The notes: generated by a model from the sequence alone, not told the origin. DNA of 64,000 bases from Bdellovibrionales bacterium (GCA_965217115.1 OZ244239.1:192001-256000), one strand, 5' to 3'; positions 38,535-49,300 are shown, counted from the first letter of the stretch. A program made the numbers and translations.

Positions 38535-39725
38535 TTGGAGTGTACCTGCGTTATGATGATTTTAAGAAAACCTCTCTGGATACTTCCCCTCTTTCTATTG
38601 GCTTCTTTAACGGGCTGTGTGACCTCTCATTTTCAATCTGAAGGTCAGCAGAGAATCAGCATTATGTCCTACAATGTCGAAAATCTTTTTGACACTCTCG
38701 ACGACCCTGGAAAAAACGATGAAACCTATCTGCCCATTGGGAAAAAGAAGGACCCTAAAATTCAAGAAAAATGTAACAAAATCACTTTTGCCCGCTATCG
38801 AAAGCAATGTCTCAATCTCAACTGGTCAAAGAGCACACTCAATAAAAAAATGCAGCGCTTAGCCGATGTTATCTTACAAGTGAACAACGGTTATGGTCCT
38901 GATATACTTGTCTTGCAAGAAGTGGAGAACAAACGAGTTCTTGAACTTCTGCGAAAGAGGTACTTAAAGAAAGCCCAGTATAAAGAGGCTATCTTGATCG
39001 AAGGTCCTGATAAGAGAGGAATCGATGTGGGGATTTTCTCTCGCCTTATACCGTCAAAAATTCCCCGTCTTCATCATGTTAAATGGAAAAAAGGCAGTGC
39101 TCGCAATGGAGAAGATCCAAAACCATCAAGGGGAATTCTTGAGGCTAATTTCATATTGCCAGATAATACACCTCTCAATATTTATGGTGTCCACTTCCCC
39201 TCACAGTACAACCCCTACTCTGTTCGCAAACAAGCCATCGCAAAACTCAATGCTCTTGCCAAATCTAAACCGGCACATCATGTTACCATCGCCGCTGGGG
39301 ACTTTAACGTCAGCAGTGAGGAAAACAAAGCTAAACAGGTCTATTCCAAAACTCTCTCCCCCCAGTGGCTTATCTCACATTACTTAGGTTGTAAGAAATG
39401 TTCTGGAACCTACTATTATCGTAAAAATAACACATGGTCTTTCTTTGATTTAATCCTCTTTTCTAAAAACCTCTCACCAAACACAACCTCTTCAAATCAG
39501 AGTTCTATCTTGCCCTCCAGCTGGAGAGTTGATGTGTCCTCAATTCGTACACCTAAAGATAGTTTGTTTCAGGTCAGTCGTTTTTTAACTCCTGCCTATT
39601 TTAAAGAGGGCCGTGCTCCCCGTGGAGTCTCAGATCATTGGCCCATTTATGTTGAAATTTTATTGCGCAATCCCAATACGATTATTAGTAAGCCTGTGAA
39701 TCCACCCGTAGGAACCACTCATTAA
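38535..39725 (+). CDS. Endonuclease/exonuclease/phosphatase-family lipoprotein
   Basis: YNVENLFD, LQEVEN, GDFN, SDHWP; LTGC lipobox. Confidence 0.9.
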   Translation: MECTCVMMILRKPLWILPLFLLASLTGCVTSHFQSEGQQRISIMSYNVENLFDTLDDPGKNDETYLPIGKKKDPKIQEKCNKITFARYRKQCLNLNWSKSTLNKKMQRLADVILQVNNGYGPDILVLQEVENKRVLELLRKRYLKKAQYKEAILIEGPDKRGIDVGIFSRLIPSKIPRLHHVKWKKGSARNGEDPKPSRGILEANFILPDNTPLNIYGVHFPSQYNPYSVRKQAIAKLNALAKSKPAHHVTIAAGDFNVSSEENKAKQVYSKTLSPQWLISHYLGCKKCSGTYYYRKNNTWSFFDLILFSKNLSPNTTSSNQSSILPSSWRVDVSSIRTPKDSLFQVSRFLTPAYFKEGRAPRGVSDHWPIYVEILLRNPNTIISKPVNPPVGTTH

Positions 39726-39747
39726 CAACAACGATCAGGAGCTCCAT

Positions 39748-40659
39748 ATGAGATCAAATTTTAAAAGAGAACAACCACGGGGGAGCAATGGCATTGAGTC
39801 TTCCCCTCTCCTGTCCTTGCTTCTCTTTGTTGTTGTTTTAGCCTCTTGTACGATCACAAGTGCCGCTCGAATAAAAAAGATTAAAGGTAAAAAAATTCTT
39901 ATCTCCCTCCAACGCGGCGAGAGAGTGAAAAAAAAGAGTATCTACGTTATCATTGGTAAAAATAATAAACGTATTGGTTATCTAAGGATAAAAAAAACAT
40001 CCCCACTCAGGGCGTGGGGTTATCTCATCAAGGGGCGCGCTAGAAAAGGGGCCTCGATTTATCGAAGGTCAGACCGAAAATCACACCGAAAATCACGAAG
40101 ACAGAGAGAGGTGAGGAGAAATCACGCCCTAGGGATGCTCGTTGGTGCTAATCTCTCTTCTCTAGAAGTGACAAAGACTTTCAACAGCGATGAATCTGTA
40201 ACTGTAGAGACCACTGGTACTAATATTAATTACAAAATGTTCTACGATTACTCGCTAAAAAAAAGAGGCCCGTGGGTTCTTCGTATGGGCTTAGCCTATG
40301 AGCCATTCATAACTAAAGGCACAGCTTCTCTGGCTATTTGTCAAAATTCCAGGTCTTGCAAAACTAATATCTCTTATCTGCGAACTGATACCCTGCTCTA
40401 TTATAGATGGGCCCATTCCTACTCTCCTTGGTTAGGGATTGGTGCAAGCCTTCTCTTACCGCTATCAAAGGAAAGCAATATGGTCAGAGAAGACGATATC
40501 AACTCTAGTCAAGGCATCACCGTTGCATTTGGGTTAAATAAGAAAATTTCGAGCCGTGCTTTTATTCCATTCAATGTTGAATACAATTATTTATTGTCAT
40601 CCTCTCAGGTCTCCCCATCCCTCATAGGGTTCCAAATTGGCTATGGATTTTTATTTTAA
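39748..40659 (+). CDS. Hypothetical outer-membrane beta-barrel with basic N-terminal domain
   Basis: Hydrophobic leader; C-terminal GYGFLF. Confidence 0.6.
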   Translation: MRSNFKREQPRGSNGIESSPLLSLLLFVVVLASCTITSAARIKKIKGKKILISLQRGERVKKKSIYVIIGKNNKRIGYLRIKKTSPLRAWGYLIKGRARKGASIYRRSDRKSHRKSRRQREVRRNHALGMLVGANLSSLEVTKTFNSDESVTVETTGTNINYKMFYDYSLKKRGPWVLRMGLAYEPFITKGTASLAICQNSRSCKTNISYLRTDTLLYYRWAHSYSPWLGIGASLLLPLSKESNMVREDDINSSQGITVAFGLNKKISSRAFIPFNVEYNYLLSSSQVSPSLIGFQIGYGFLF

Positions 40660-40811
40660 TGTGAAATATTTCATCAGTCTGTAGGAATAAAATTCCAATG
40701 CCATCAAGTTGCTTGCAATAGCCGCTGTGGTTCCCTATAAAATCACTTGGTAAAATATGATCTAATAATTTAAACCTATCTCTTAAGGTTTTAAATATAG
40801 GAGCTTTTCTC

Positions 40812-41243
40812 TTGCAACCTACCTACAGTGAAACAACTCAAGATATCGAAATCAAGATCAGCCCTTTTTTCATCCCCGAGCAATCCAATGAAGAGGATAT
40901 GTACCACCTTTACGGTTACGATGTAAAAATTACCAATCACAGCCCCCATTCATGTCAACTTATTGGTCGTGAATGGGTTATACGAGATGGCAATAAAGAC
41001 ACGGAATACCTCCAAGGAGAGGGCGTGCTTGGGCAAAAGCCCACCATCGGCCCTGGAAAAATACATCAGTACACAAGTTTTTGCCCTCTACAGACACCCA
41101 CAGGAAATATGCGAGGACGTTACGAGTTTATTGATCATAAAGAAGAGTCTTTCTGGGTGAATGTTCCCGTGTTTTTCTTTAGACCACCATCATCCTTCTC
41201 TCTGCAGCCCATGGAAAAACCGCCATACAACCAATCCCTTTAA
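40812..41243 (+). CDS. apaG: ApaG
   Basis: GEGVLGQKP, YTSFCPL.TP.G.M.G. Confidence 0.93.
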   Translation: MQPTYSETTQDIEIKISPFFIPEQSNEEDMYHLYGYDVKITNHSPHSCQLIGREWVIRDGNKDTEYLQGEGVLGQKPTIGPGKIHQYTSFCPLQTPTGNMRGRYEFIDHKEESFWVNVPVFFFRPPSSFSLQPMEKPPYNQSL

Positions 41244-41249
41244 GACTGT

Positions 41250-43475
41250 CTAAGAGATCATACGAATCACGTTGATAACCCCTCTGATTTTCTGCAATTC
41301 ATAAATAGTTTTATTTAGTTTTTCTGTATCTCCAATGCCCACATCAAAGATACACACTGCCTTCTTATCTCTGGTTGTCTTCACCTGGGCATTATGAATG
41401 TTACAACCCAACATCGTTAATACATCCGTCATAGATTTCAATAGGCCTTGCAGATCTTGACTCAAAATACGTATACGAACAACTTGTTCAAATCCATGAC
41501 CCCCTATCTCAGTAGACCAATTCACATCTACACGACGTAATAAATCCATTTCAAAAGTTCGCTGACAGTCCACTCGATGAATTGTGATCCCCCTACCTCT
41601 AGTAATAAAACCACTGATCGGATCTCCAGGGATGGGCAGACAACACTTAGCAAAATGCACTAATACATCAGGCATTCCATCGACTTCAATGACGGAGATT
41701 GATTTTCTCTTCTTTCTCGTTGTTGGTTTGAAAACCTTGGATATAAAGGATTCGTTACTCTTCTGGCTCTCTGCAACCCCATCTTCCTTATTTGACGAAA
41801 ACCTCTCTACGATGTGACGAACTTCCATCTTGCCATATCCCACACGACAATATATTTCATCTAAATCATGGGCCCCTTGATCTTTTAAGAAACTCTCTAG
41901 TTTATCACCTTTTAATACTTTAAGAGTCGCTATACCGAGTTTACGGAAATCTTTGTCAACCAAATCACGACCAATTGTCAAAGCACGTCCTCTTTGCTCC
42001 TCCTTAACATGGGCACGTATTTTACTTTTCGCACGATTAGTGACTACAAACTTTAGCCAATCCTTAGAGGGGAGTTGATTCTTATTCGTATGAACTTCAA
42101 CGGTATCACCGTTTTTTAGCTTATGTCGTAAAGACACCATCTTACCATTGACTCTCGCACCAGAACAATGGAGACCAACATCTGTATGAATAGAAAAAGC
42201 AAAATCCACAGGAGATGCATTTTCAGGCAACTCCTTTACATCTCCACTTGGTGTAAAAACATAAATTTCCTGATCAAAGAGGTCTGACTTAACCGTTTCT
42301 AGAAGTTCATCCGAGTCCCCCATTTTCTGGTGCCAAGCAATTAATTCACGCAACCATTCGAAACGAGCAGACTCTATATCACTTGCCCCCTGATTATTGC
42401 CTTCCTTATAACTCCAATGGGCAGCAATTCCCCTCTCTGCCACAAGGTGCATCTCTCCAGTGCGAATTTGAATCTCAATACGCTCACCCTCAGGGCCGAT
42501 CACCGTCGTATGCAAGCTCTGGTAATCATTTCCCTTAGGCATGGCAATGTAATCTTTAATTCTCCCAGGAATAGGCTTCCATAGAGAATGCACTTCCCCC
42601 AAAACCTCATAGCACTCAGGAATCGTATCCACTAGAACACGAAACGCGAGCAGATCATGAACTTGCTCAAATTCTAAATTATCACTAATCATCTTCTGAT
42701 AGACAGAGTGCAAATGTTTCGGACGACCGCTGATCGTAAAATTCATGGGGTGGTTTTTTGAAATGACTTCCCTGAGATGCTGGCAAACATCCTCGATATA
42801 ACGTTCCCTCTCTTTTTTCTTACGATTGATTTTCTGCACTAAATCGTAGTATTGGTCTGGAGAAATATAACGAAAACTCAAATCTTCTAACTCAACCTTT
42901 AAAGAACTAATACCAAAACGGCTGGCCAGAGGTGAATAGATATCTAATGTCTCCTGAGCAATTTGAATTTGCTTATTATAAGGCATGTGATTTAGAGTTC
43001 TCATATTGTGAAGACGATCAGCTAACTTCACCAAAATCACGCGAATGTCTTTACCCATTGCCAGAAGCATCTTACGAATGTTCTCCCCCTGCTTCTCGTG
43101 GGTATTGCGAAAACTAATTTGAGTGATCTTTGTAACTCCATCAACCAAGAGAGCCACACTCTCACCAAACTCTTCTCTAATATCTTCTAAAGTCACATCC
43201 GTGTCTTCCACCGTATCATGTAGCAGACCGGTGATAACCGTCTCATCGTCTAAACGTAAATCAGCCAAAATTCCAGCCACTGATGCTGGATGTGTTAGAT
43301 AGGGAAGGCCACTGCGGCGTGTTTGACCCCTATGAGCTTCTTCTGAAAATTTATAGGCTCTCTGAATCAATTCAAGATTTGTATTGGGATTGCTCTTTTT
43401 TACACGAACGAGCAGTTTTTCAAAAGTCGTCGTATTCTCATCTGATATACCGTAATCTACGATGATATCGCTCAT
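41250..43475 (-). CDS. spoT: Bifunctional (p)ppGpp synthetase/hydrolase RelA/SpoT
   Basis: HDTVED hydrolase motif, YQSLHTT, EIQIRT, TGS and ACT domains. Confidence 0.95.
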   Translation of the reverse strand: MSDIIVDYGISDENTTTFEKLLVRVKKSNPNTNLELIQRAYKFSEEAHRGQTRRSGLPYLTHPASVAGILADLRLDDETVITGLLHDTVEDTDVTLEDIREEFGESVALLVDGVTKITQISFRNTHEKQGENIRKMLLAMGKDIRVILVKLADRLHNMRTLNHMPYNKQIQIAQETLDIYSPLASRFGISSLKVELEDLSFRYISPDQYYDLVQKINRKKKERERYIEDVCQHLREVISKNHPMNFTISGRPKHLHSVYQKMISDNLEFEQVHDLLAFRVLVDTIPECYEVLGEVHSLWKPIPGRIKDYIAMPKGNDYQSLHTTVIGPEGERIEIQIRTGEMHLVAERGIAAHWSYKEGNNQGASDIESARFEWLRELIAWHQKMGDSDELLETVKSDLFDQEIYVFTPSGDVKELPENASPVDFAFSIHTDVGLHCSGARVNGKMVSLRHKLKNGDTVEVHTNKNQLPSKDWLKFVVTNRAKSKIRAHVKEEQRGRALTIGRDLVDKDFRKLGIATLKVLKGDKLESFLKDQGAHDLDEIYCRVGYGKMEVRHIVERFSSNKEDGVAESQKSNESFISKVFKPTTRKKRKSISVIEVDGMPDVLVHFAKCCLPIPGDPISGFITRGRGITIHRVDCQRTFEMDLLRRVDVNWSTEIGGHGFEQVVRIRILSQDLQGLLKSMTDVLTMLGCNIHNAQVKTTRDKKAVCIFDVGIGDTEKLNKTIYELQKIRGVINVIRMIS

Positions 43476-43526
43476 ACTCGATTCACTTCCTATCCATGAG
43501 CTAAAAAACTCAATAACTATAGAGTG

Positions 43527-43553
43527 TTATCGGCTATTACCAGAAATTTTTAA
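43527..43553 (-). promoter_or_regulatory. Putative sigma28 (FliA) promoter of rel/spoT
   Basis: TTAA-N15-GCCGATAA, about 50 bp before the start codon. Confidence 0.6.
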
Positions 43554-43556
43554 ATA

Positions 43557-43588
43557 AAAAAAAAGACCCGCCAAAAGTCGAGTCTTTT
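43557..43588 (-). terminator. Intrinsic terminator after rpoZ
   Basis: AAAAGACTCG...CGGGTCTTTT followed by a T-run on the minus strand. Confidence 0.7.
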
Positions 43589-43624
43589 ATGTCTCTTTAA
43601 AAATTAAACCTCTCTACTGAGAAA

Positions 43625-43864
43625 TCACCTGTTCAGTTCTGCTTCAATCTGGACCTGTGCTGTTCCCTGGGCCAAATTATAATCATAACCCACATGGCCA
43701 GCCGCCACTTCCCGTAGAGAAGAGACAATGTACTTGTTTTTCTTAGCTGCAATTGTCAAATCAGCCCCTTTTAAGAGCTGCTTTGTACGACGGGACACCA
43801 AAAGAACCAACTCGAAACGATTATTAACTCCATCTAAGCAATCTTCCACTGTTACGCGAGCCAT
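43625..43864 (-). CDS. rpoZ: RNA polymerase omega subunit
   Basis: [17 protein letters not shown]. Confidence 0.97.
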   Translation of the reverse strand: MARVTVEDCLDGVNNRFELVLLVSRRTKQLLKGADLTIAAKKNKYIVSSLREVAAGHVGYDYNLAQGTAQVQIEAELNR

Positions 43865-43900
43865 CTCTTCTCCCCAAGAATTTATTTAACGAGTTACTTT

Positions 43901-44467
43901 CTACCCTCTTCCCAGGGATTTTTCAATCACTTTTTTAAGCTGTCCATAGGCCACATCAAAGTCATCATTGATAATCTGATGATCAAATTGATCGGCCAGA
44001 GTCATCTCTTTTTTCGCATTCTTTAAACGAATATCTAAGTCCTCTGGCAATTTATCGTCGCGATGCGCAATTCTCTTAAGAAGCTCTTCAATGGATGGAG
44101 GAAGAATGAAAATTGATAGTGCATCTGGATATTTAGCCTTAAAAGTTTCAGCTCCTTGAACATCCACATCCATGATCGCTGTCTTTCCTAAAGCGATAAT
44201 ATCGTCAATTTGATGCTTGGGAGTTCCGTACAAATTGCTGTGAACATTAGCCCATTCAACAAAGTAATCTTCAGAGATCAACTGTTTAAATTTTTCCTGA
44301 TTTACAAAATGATAGGGAAAACCTTCCCTCTCTTTTTGACGCATCTCTCGCGTGGTGTACGTCACTGTATCCACTAATTGTTCAGAAAAATCCTTCAGAG
44401 TTTTTTCAAGGAAACTACTTTTGCCTGCGCCGCTAGGGGCGGCTATAATGATCATCGAAATACTCAT
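43901..44467 (-). CDS. gmk: Guanylate kinase
   Basis: APSGAGKS, TTR, YGT, DVDVQGA. Confidence 0.97.
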   Translation of the reverse strand: MSISMIIIAAPSGAGKSSFLEKTLKDFSEQLVDTVTYTTREMRQKEREGFPYHFVNQEKFKQLISEDYFVEWANVHSNLYGTPKHQIDDIIALGKTAIMDVDVQGAETFKAKYPDALSIFILPPSIEELLKRIAHRDDKLPEDLDIRLKNAKKEMTLADQFDHQIINDDFDVAYGQLKKVIEKSLGRG

Positions 44468-45351
44468 TCTACGTTCTGCACCTGTTCACGAACTCTCTCC
44501 ACTATAGTTTTAGCTTCTACCACCAATTGAGTCAACTCAGGCACTTGGGATTTAGAGCCAATCGTATTGACTTCGCGTAAAAGTTCCTGGGTGTAAAAAT
44601 CCAGTTTCTTCCCCTGAACCCTCTCGCCCATCATGAACTTCTTAAAAACTTTAATATGCTCCTTCAGGCGAACCAATTCTTCACAGATATCTACCTTATC
44701 AATCTGTATGACGACTTCCTGGGCAAGCCTCTGTGGATCAATATCTGAAGGGGCGCCTAATTTTTCTAATCGCTTCAAATAACGTGCTTTCAACTTATCA
44801 TTAGCTTCCCCACGGTATTTCTCAATGCCCTTAAGTACGCACTCTAATTCTAATAACTGACCTTGCAATTCTGATCTCAGGGCCTTCCCCTCACGTTTTC
44901 TCTCCTGACAACACTTCTTCAACGCTTGATTAAACACTTTTAGAAATTCTCTCTTCTCACCGGGGGAAGCCTGTAGGGATTCATCCACAGAAATGACTCC
45001 TGAAACTCCCTCTAACAGAGTCGACATCGTTAAATCATTCTCTAAATTCAATTCTCTACCCATACTCCTGTAGGCTTTTATCCATTTAGAAGCCAACTCT
45101 ACTTTAGGTGTGATCTTTAAATCTTTATTCGTCGCTGTTTTACGTCTCTGCACATAGACATCTACTGTGCCACGGCGAATAACTCCCTGAAGAATTTTCT
45201 TAATATCAGATTCAAAACTCACATACTCGCGGGGAGCGTGACAGCGCATCTCAAAAAAGCGCCCATTCACTGATTTAACGCTGATTTCAAAATTTAAACT
45301 CTCTTGTCTGTGTCTGGCCACACCATAACCAGTCATACTATTCATGATCAT
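44464..45351 (-). CDS. yicC: YicC/YloC family endoribonuclease
   Basis: SMTGYG, GKKLDF..QE..RE.NTIGSK, REQVQNVE. Confidence 0.95.
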   Translation of the reverse strand: MIMNSMTGYGVARHRQESLNFEISVKSVNGRFFEMRCHAPREYVSFESDIKKILQGVIRRGTVDVYVQRRKTATNKDLKITPKVELASKWIKAYRSMGRELNLENDLTMSTLLEGVSGVISVDESLQASPGEKREFLKVFNQALKKCCQERKREGKALRSELQGQLLELECVLKGIEKYRGEANDKLKARYLKRLEKLGAPSDIDPQRLAQEVVIQIDKVDICEELVRLKEHIKVFKKFMMGERVQGKKLDFYTQELLREVNTIGSKSQVPELTQLVVEAKTIVERVREQVQNVE

Positions 45352-46267
45352 TCTCTCCTATATAAGCCAATACCTTTTCCATTTTTTGTGAGGAATCAAA
45401 CCAACAGATATCCTTGTCTCGCTTAAACCAAGTCATCTGCCTTTTGGCAAAACTCATTGTATTCTTCACAATCTCATCCACCAATTCTGTCTTCTGTATC
45501 CTACCCTCTAAATAGGCCTGTGTCTCTTTGTAACCAACACTTTTCATAGGCGCCCACTGAGACAATCCCTGCTCACGAAGGTCTTGCACCTCTTCAATCA
45601 AGCCCTGTTTGAGCATTTCCTGGGCCCTCTGCCTCACCCGTGAACGTAAAACATCCCTATCCACCCTCAAGCCAATCTTTCTGATCGGCCACGGAAGTGG
45701 CTCTTCTTTAAAGTCCCTCTGGATCTGCCCCATGGTTTTTCCCAAGGTTCGAATCAATTCTAGGGCCCGTTGTATACGGTAGCTATCGTTGCCTCCGATC
45801 TTCTGTGCATAATCAGGGTCTTTACTGAGTAATTCTCTATAGAGCTCTGGCAATAATCCCTCAGATATCTGTCTCTGTATGTCCTGGCTCACACTCTCAG
45901 AAATCTCTGGAACGTTGAACATTCCCTTTTCTAAAGCCAGGAAATAAAACCCTGTCCCCCCTGTGACAAAGACCGATGGGACTTGGGATGAAAAACACTT
46001 TTCTAAAACCAGTAGAGAGTCCCTTCGATATTTACCAGCAGTGTATTTTTCTGGAGCTTTAACATGACCTAATAGATGATGCTTTGCTCTTAATAGTTGT
46101 TCTGGACTAGGTCTGGCTGAACCAATGTTAACTTTTTCATAGACTTGGACGCTATCACAATTCAATACCTCCCCCGAAAATTCTTCACAGGCTCTTATAG
46201 ATAAGATTGTTTTACCTGATCCTGTCGGTCCCACTAAAAAAAAAAGCCGTCCAGAGGAGTGACTCAT
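45338..46267 (-). CDS. miaA: tRNA dimethylallyltransferase
   Basis: GPTGSGKT, DSVQVY, GGTGFY, AKRQMTWF. Confidence 0.96.
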   Translation of the reverse strand: MSHSSGRLFFLVGPTGSGKTILSIRACEEFSGEVLNCDSVQVYEKVNIGSARPSPEQLLRAKHHLLGHVKAPEKYTAGKYRRDSLLVLEKCFSSQVPSVFVTGGTGFYFLALEKGMFNVPEISESVSQDIQRQISEGLLPELYRELLSKDPDYAQKIGGNDSYRIQRALELIRTLGKTMGQIQRDFKEEPLPWPIRKIGLRVDRDVLRSRVRQRAQEMLKQGLIEEVQDLREQGLSQWAPMKSVGYKETQAYLEGRIQKTELVDEIVKNTMSFAKRQMTWFKRDKDICWFDSSQKMEKVLAYIGENDHE

Positions 46268-48136
46268 TTAGACAAGTCGTCCAAAATCCCGTTCCATCTC
46301 TTGAAAAGGGTACTCCACATAAACAGGACGCCCGTGGGGACAAAAGCTAGAGGTGGGAAATAAATCCATCTGCTCTAATAAACTCTGCATCTCTTCTCTG
46401 CTCAAGGCCTGGCCTGCACGAATCACTGAATGACAAGCCAGTGTCGCACAGGTATCAATGATCACTTTTTCCATCAAAAAGCTTCCGCCTTCATCTAAAA
46501 TTTTATGGGATAATTGACTGATGGTCTTGGCCAGAGGGCCATCTTTAATTAATACAGGACCTCCCTTAACTCCCACCGTTGCTGGTCCCATCGCCTCTAT
46601 GTGAATACCCAATTTGGCAAGAGCCTCTTTTTGAGTGAACAGTGCTTCCACTTGATCCTCTGGAAGATCTATTGTGAGAGGAAAGAGAAATTCCTGCACA
46701 TCAACATCCCCCCCCTTCCAAGCCGCCATCAAACTCTCAAAAGCCACTCTCTCATGGGCTGCATGTTGGTCAACCAGAACCAATCCACGACGGGATTGGG
46801 CCACAATATATGTTAAATTCGCCTGACCCAAAACCTGCAAGTCCGACCAATAGGCCTTCTGCGTCCCGCCCCCTTGTGACACCAAAGGTGGGGACTGATT
46901 CCGGTGTGTTTTTTCCATTGGATATTCCACTGAAGATTTCACTGAAAAATCCACTGAAGATTCCACTGAAGGGTCCATTGACCCCCCTTCTGATTGCTTT
47001 TCCGATAGCCCCTGAGTTGTTGAAAATTCTTTCTGAGCAAACTGGGTTCGTTCAAACTCTTGGGCCCTAAACTCCAATGAACTCTCTTGCTGTTCTGTTT
47101 TTTTAGGAAGAGGTGAATAGGGCTTAACTCCTAAACCTTCACCTAAAACATCTTCTAGCCATGGTGCTTTTTCTAAACTCTCCCTCAAAGCTCCTTGCAC
47201 GGCGCGAAAAGCTGATTGCCCATCACGAAACTTAATTTGAGATTTTGTTGGATGAATGTTTACGTCTATCTCTTGTGGTGAACACTCCACCCACACTGAA
47301 CAAATAGGAAATTCTCCATGCATCAATAAACTGCGATGGGCTTCAAGCACCGCGGCTTGTAAACTTCTGTCCTGCACCCAACGTCTTTGAACAAAGAGCC
47401 AAATGTTCTTACGAGTGCGAAATGTATTATTTGGAGAACCAAAAACAACATAGGCTTTTATTCCATTGCGCTCAGCCTCTCCAATGTACATCTTATCTTG
47501 GCCCAAGATCTGCTCGACTCTCTTCTTGAGACTCTCCATGGCAGGCCAATAATAAACTAACTTCCCCTTACTGCGCAGGCGAAAACTCACTTTGTGATTG
47601 GATAGGGCTAAGGCCTTTAAAACATCTTTAATAGCGCCACTCTCTGCCACATCAGACTTTAAAAATTTCAATCTTGCCGGGACATTTGAGAAGAGTTCAC
47701 TCACCTCTATGGTCGTCCCTTGGCTTCCACCCACTTTAACCACGTCGGATTTCTCACCAAAAGCGCTCATCATACGTTGGGCATTGTCGCTGCCCTCTAT
47801 TCGAGAAGTGATCGACAGTCGGCACACAGCCGAAATAGTTGCCAAGGCCTCTCCACGAAAACCAAATGAATTTAATGACCACAGATCAGAGGAGTGACGG
47901 ATCTTACTTGTCGCATGCCGTGCTAATGCCAGCTCTAACTCAGAGCCTTTAATACCCATGCCATTATCGGTCACTAATACATAGCGACCACCCTGTTCAA
48001 ATTCCACATCGATCTCAGTGCTTCCTGCGTCGATGCTATTTTCAACCAGCTCTTTAACCAAATGGGCAGGCCTTTCCACCACCTCACCAGCAGCAATCTG
48101 ATCCACCACTTCACTATCTAGTCTCTGAATTTCCAT
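46268..48136 (-). CDS. mutL: DNA mismatch repair protein MutL
   Basis: IAAGEVVERP, GFRGEAL, DQHAAHER, CPHGRP. Confidence 0.98.
   Translation of the reverse strand: MEIQRLDSEVVDQIAAGEVVERPAHLVKELVENSIDAGSTEIDVEFEQGGRYVLVTDNGMGIKGSELELALARHATSKIRHSSDLWSLNSFGFRGEALATISAVCRLSITSRIEGSDNAQRMMSAFGEKSDVVKVGGSQGTTIEVSELFSNVPARLKFLKSDVAESGAIKDVLKALALSNHKVSFRLRSKGKLVYYWPAMESLKKRVEQILGQDKMYIGEAERNGIKAYVVFGSPNNTFRTRKNIWLFVQRRWVQDRSLQAAVLEAHRSLLMHGEFPICSVWVECSPQEIDVNIHPTKSQIKFRDGQSAFRAVQGALRESLEKAPWLEDVLGEGLGVKPYSPLPKKTEQQESSLEFRAQEFERTQFAQKEFSTTQGLSEKQSEGGSMDPSVESSVDFSVKSSVEYPMEKTHRNQSPPLVSQGGGTQKAYWSDLQVLGQANLTYIVAQSRRGLVLVDQHAAHERVAFESLMAAWKGGDVDVQEFLFPLTIDLPEDQVEALFTQKEALAKLGIHIEAMGPATVGVKGGPVLIKDGPLAKTISQLSHKILDEGGSFLMEKVIIDTCATLACHSVIRAGQALSREEMQSLLEQMDLFPTSSFCPHGRPVYVEYPFQEMERDFGRLV
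46913..46984. repeat. Six degenerate 12-bp tandem repeats in the MutL linker
   Basis: TTCCACTGAAGA-like units. Confidence 0.75.
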
Positions 48137-48238
48137 ACAGGGTAAAGGGATAACCAGAAGGGGGACTTAAGTCAAAAAAACCCCTTCATAGTTACGGAAT
48201 GGGCCATTTTGATGCGCAGTGCCTTTTTTTTGTAAACT

Positions 48239-48265
48239 TTAAGGAATTCTGAGAAGGACCGATAA
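48239..48265 (+). promoter_or_regulatory. Putative sigma28 promoter of nrnA
   Basis: TTAA-N15-ACCGATAA. Confidence 0.5.
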
Positions 48266-48302
48266 GTCCTTGTAAGCTTCACCAACTGTAGAGGTCCCCT
48301 AT

Positions 48303-49295
48303 TTGAAAGCACTCAGTCAAAAAATTCATCAAGCTGACACCCTTATTCTCACAACCCATAAACAATGTGATGGTGATGGACTTGGGGCTGAACTGGCCAT
48401 GTATCATGCTTTAAAAAAAATAGGAAAAGATGTGCGGATTCTCAATGTCGATGGAACTCCTCAAAAATACAGTTTCCTTAACTCAGATCAAATCGTTCAA
48501 TGTTACGATGGACCAATATCTGCTATAGAGCCCACTGATTTAGCCCTTGTTTTTGACACAAATGATTGTCGTCTTATTGAGCCATTATACTCTGTACTAA
48601 AAACCCACTGCAATGAGGTTTTATTCATTGATCATCATCCTCCTTTAAAAAATGGTCCCCAACCAACACAGAGTTCGTGGGTCAATACTCAAGCTGCTAG
48701 TACGGGGGAGATAGCTTTTGACCTTATTAAAGAATTGGGGATAGAGCTCGATAGAGATATCTGTCGTGCTATTTACACAAGCATCGCCTTTGACACACAG
48801 CTCTTCCGCCTCATACGAAACTCTCCACGCAGCCACGAAATAGCTGCAGTCCTTCTAAAATATGATATTAATTCTGATGAAATTCATCGTCGTCTCTTTA
48901 GCGACTACACAACCGAGAAGGTGGCATTCCTCTCCTCCATGCTTTCTAAAATCGAATATTTTTCTAATAAAAAACTCGCCACCTTAGAAATCACTCGGCA
49001 GGATTTTATAAAATACGACGTTAAACCCGAAGACTCTTACGACCTTGTTGATATAATCATGAACATAGAATGTCTCGAAGGCGCTGTTGTCTTTCGGGAA
49101 GAGGCTCCCAATGAATATAAACTTAGCCTCCGCTCTAAAGGACTCTTTCATGTGCACATCATTGCTGAGGAATTCGGCGGCGGCGGTCATAAACACGCTT
49201 CTGGAGCTTATACTAAAGGGACCTACAAGGACCTAAGAGATTCTCTCATTGAAAAAATGCTTGGCCTCTTAAATGACAAAGATCAATCTGCTTGA
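48303..49295 (+). CDS. nrnA: DHH/DHHA1 phosphoesterase (NrnA-like)
   Basis: DGDG, IDHH, SLRS, GGGGH..ASG. Confidence 0.9.
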   Translation: MKALSQKIHQADTLILTTHKQCDGDGLGAELAMYHALKKIGKDVRILNVDGTPQKYSFLNSDQIVQCYDGPISAIEPTDLALVFDTNDCRLIEPLYSVLKTHCNEVLFIDHHPPLKNGPQPTQSSWVNTQAASTGEIAFDLIKELGIELDRDICRAIYTSIAFDTQLFRLIRNSPRSHEIAAVLLKYDINSDEIHRRLFSDYTTEKVAFLSSMLSKIEYFSNKKLATLEITRQDFIKYDVKPEDSYDLVDIIMNIECLEGAVVFREEAPNEYKLSLRSKGLFHVHIIAEEFGGGGHKHASGAYTKGTYKDLRDSLIEKMLGLLNDKDQSA

Positions 49296-49300
49296 ACTTC

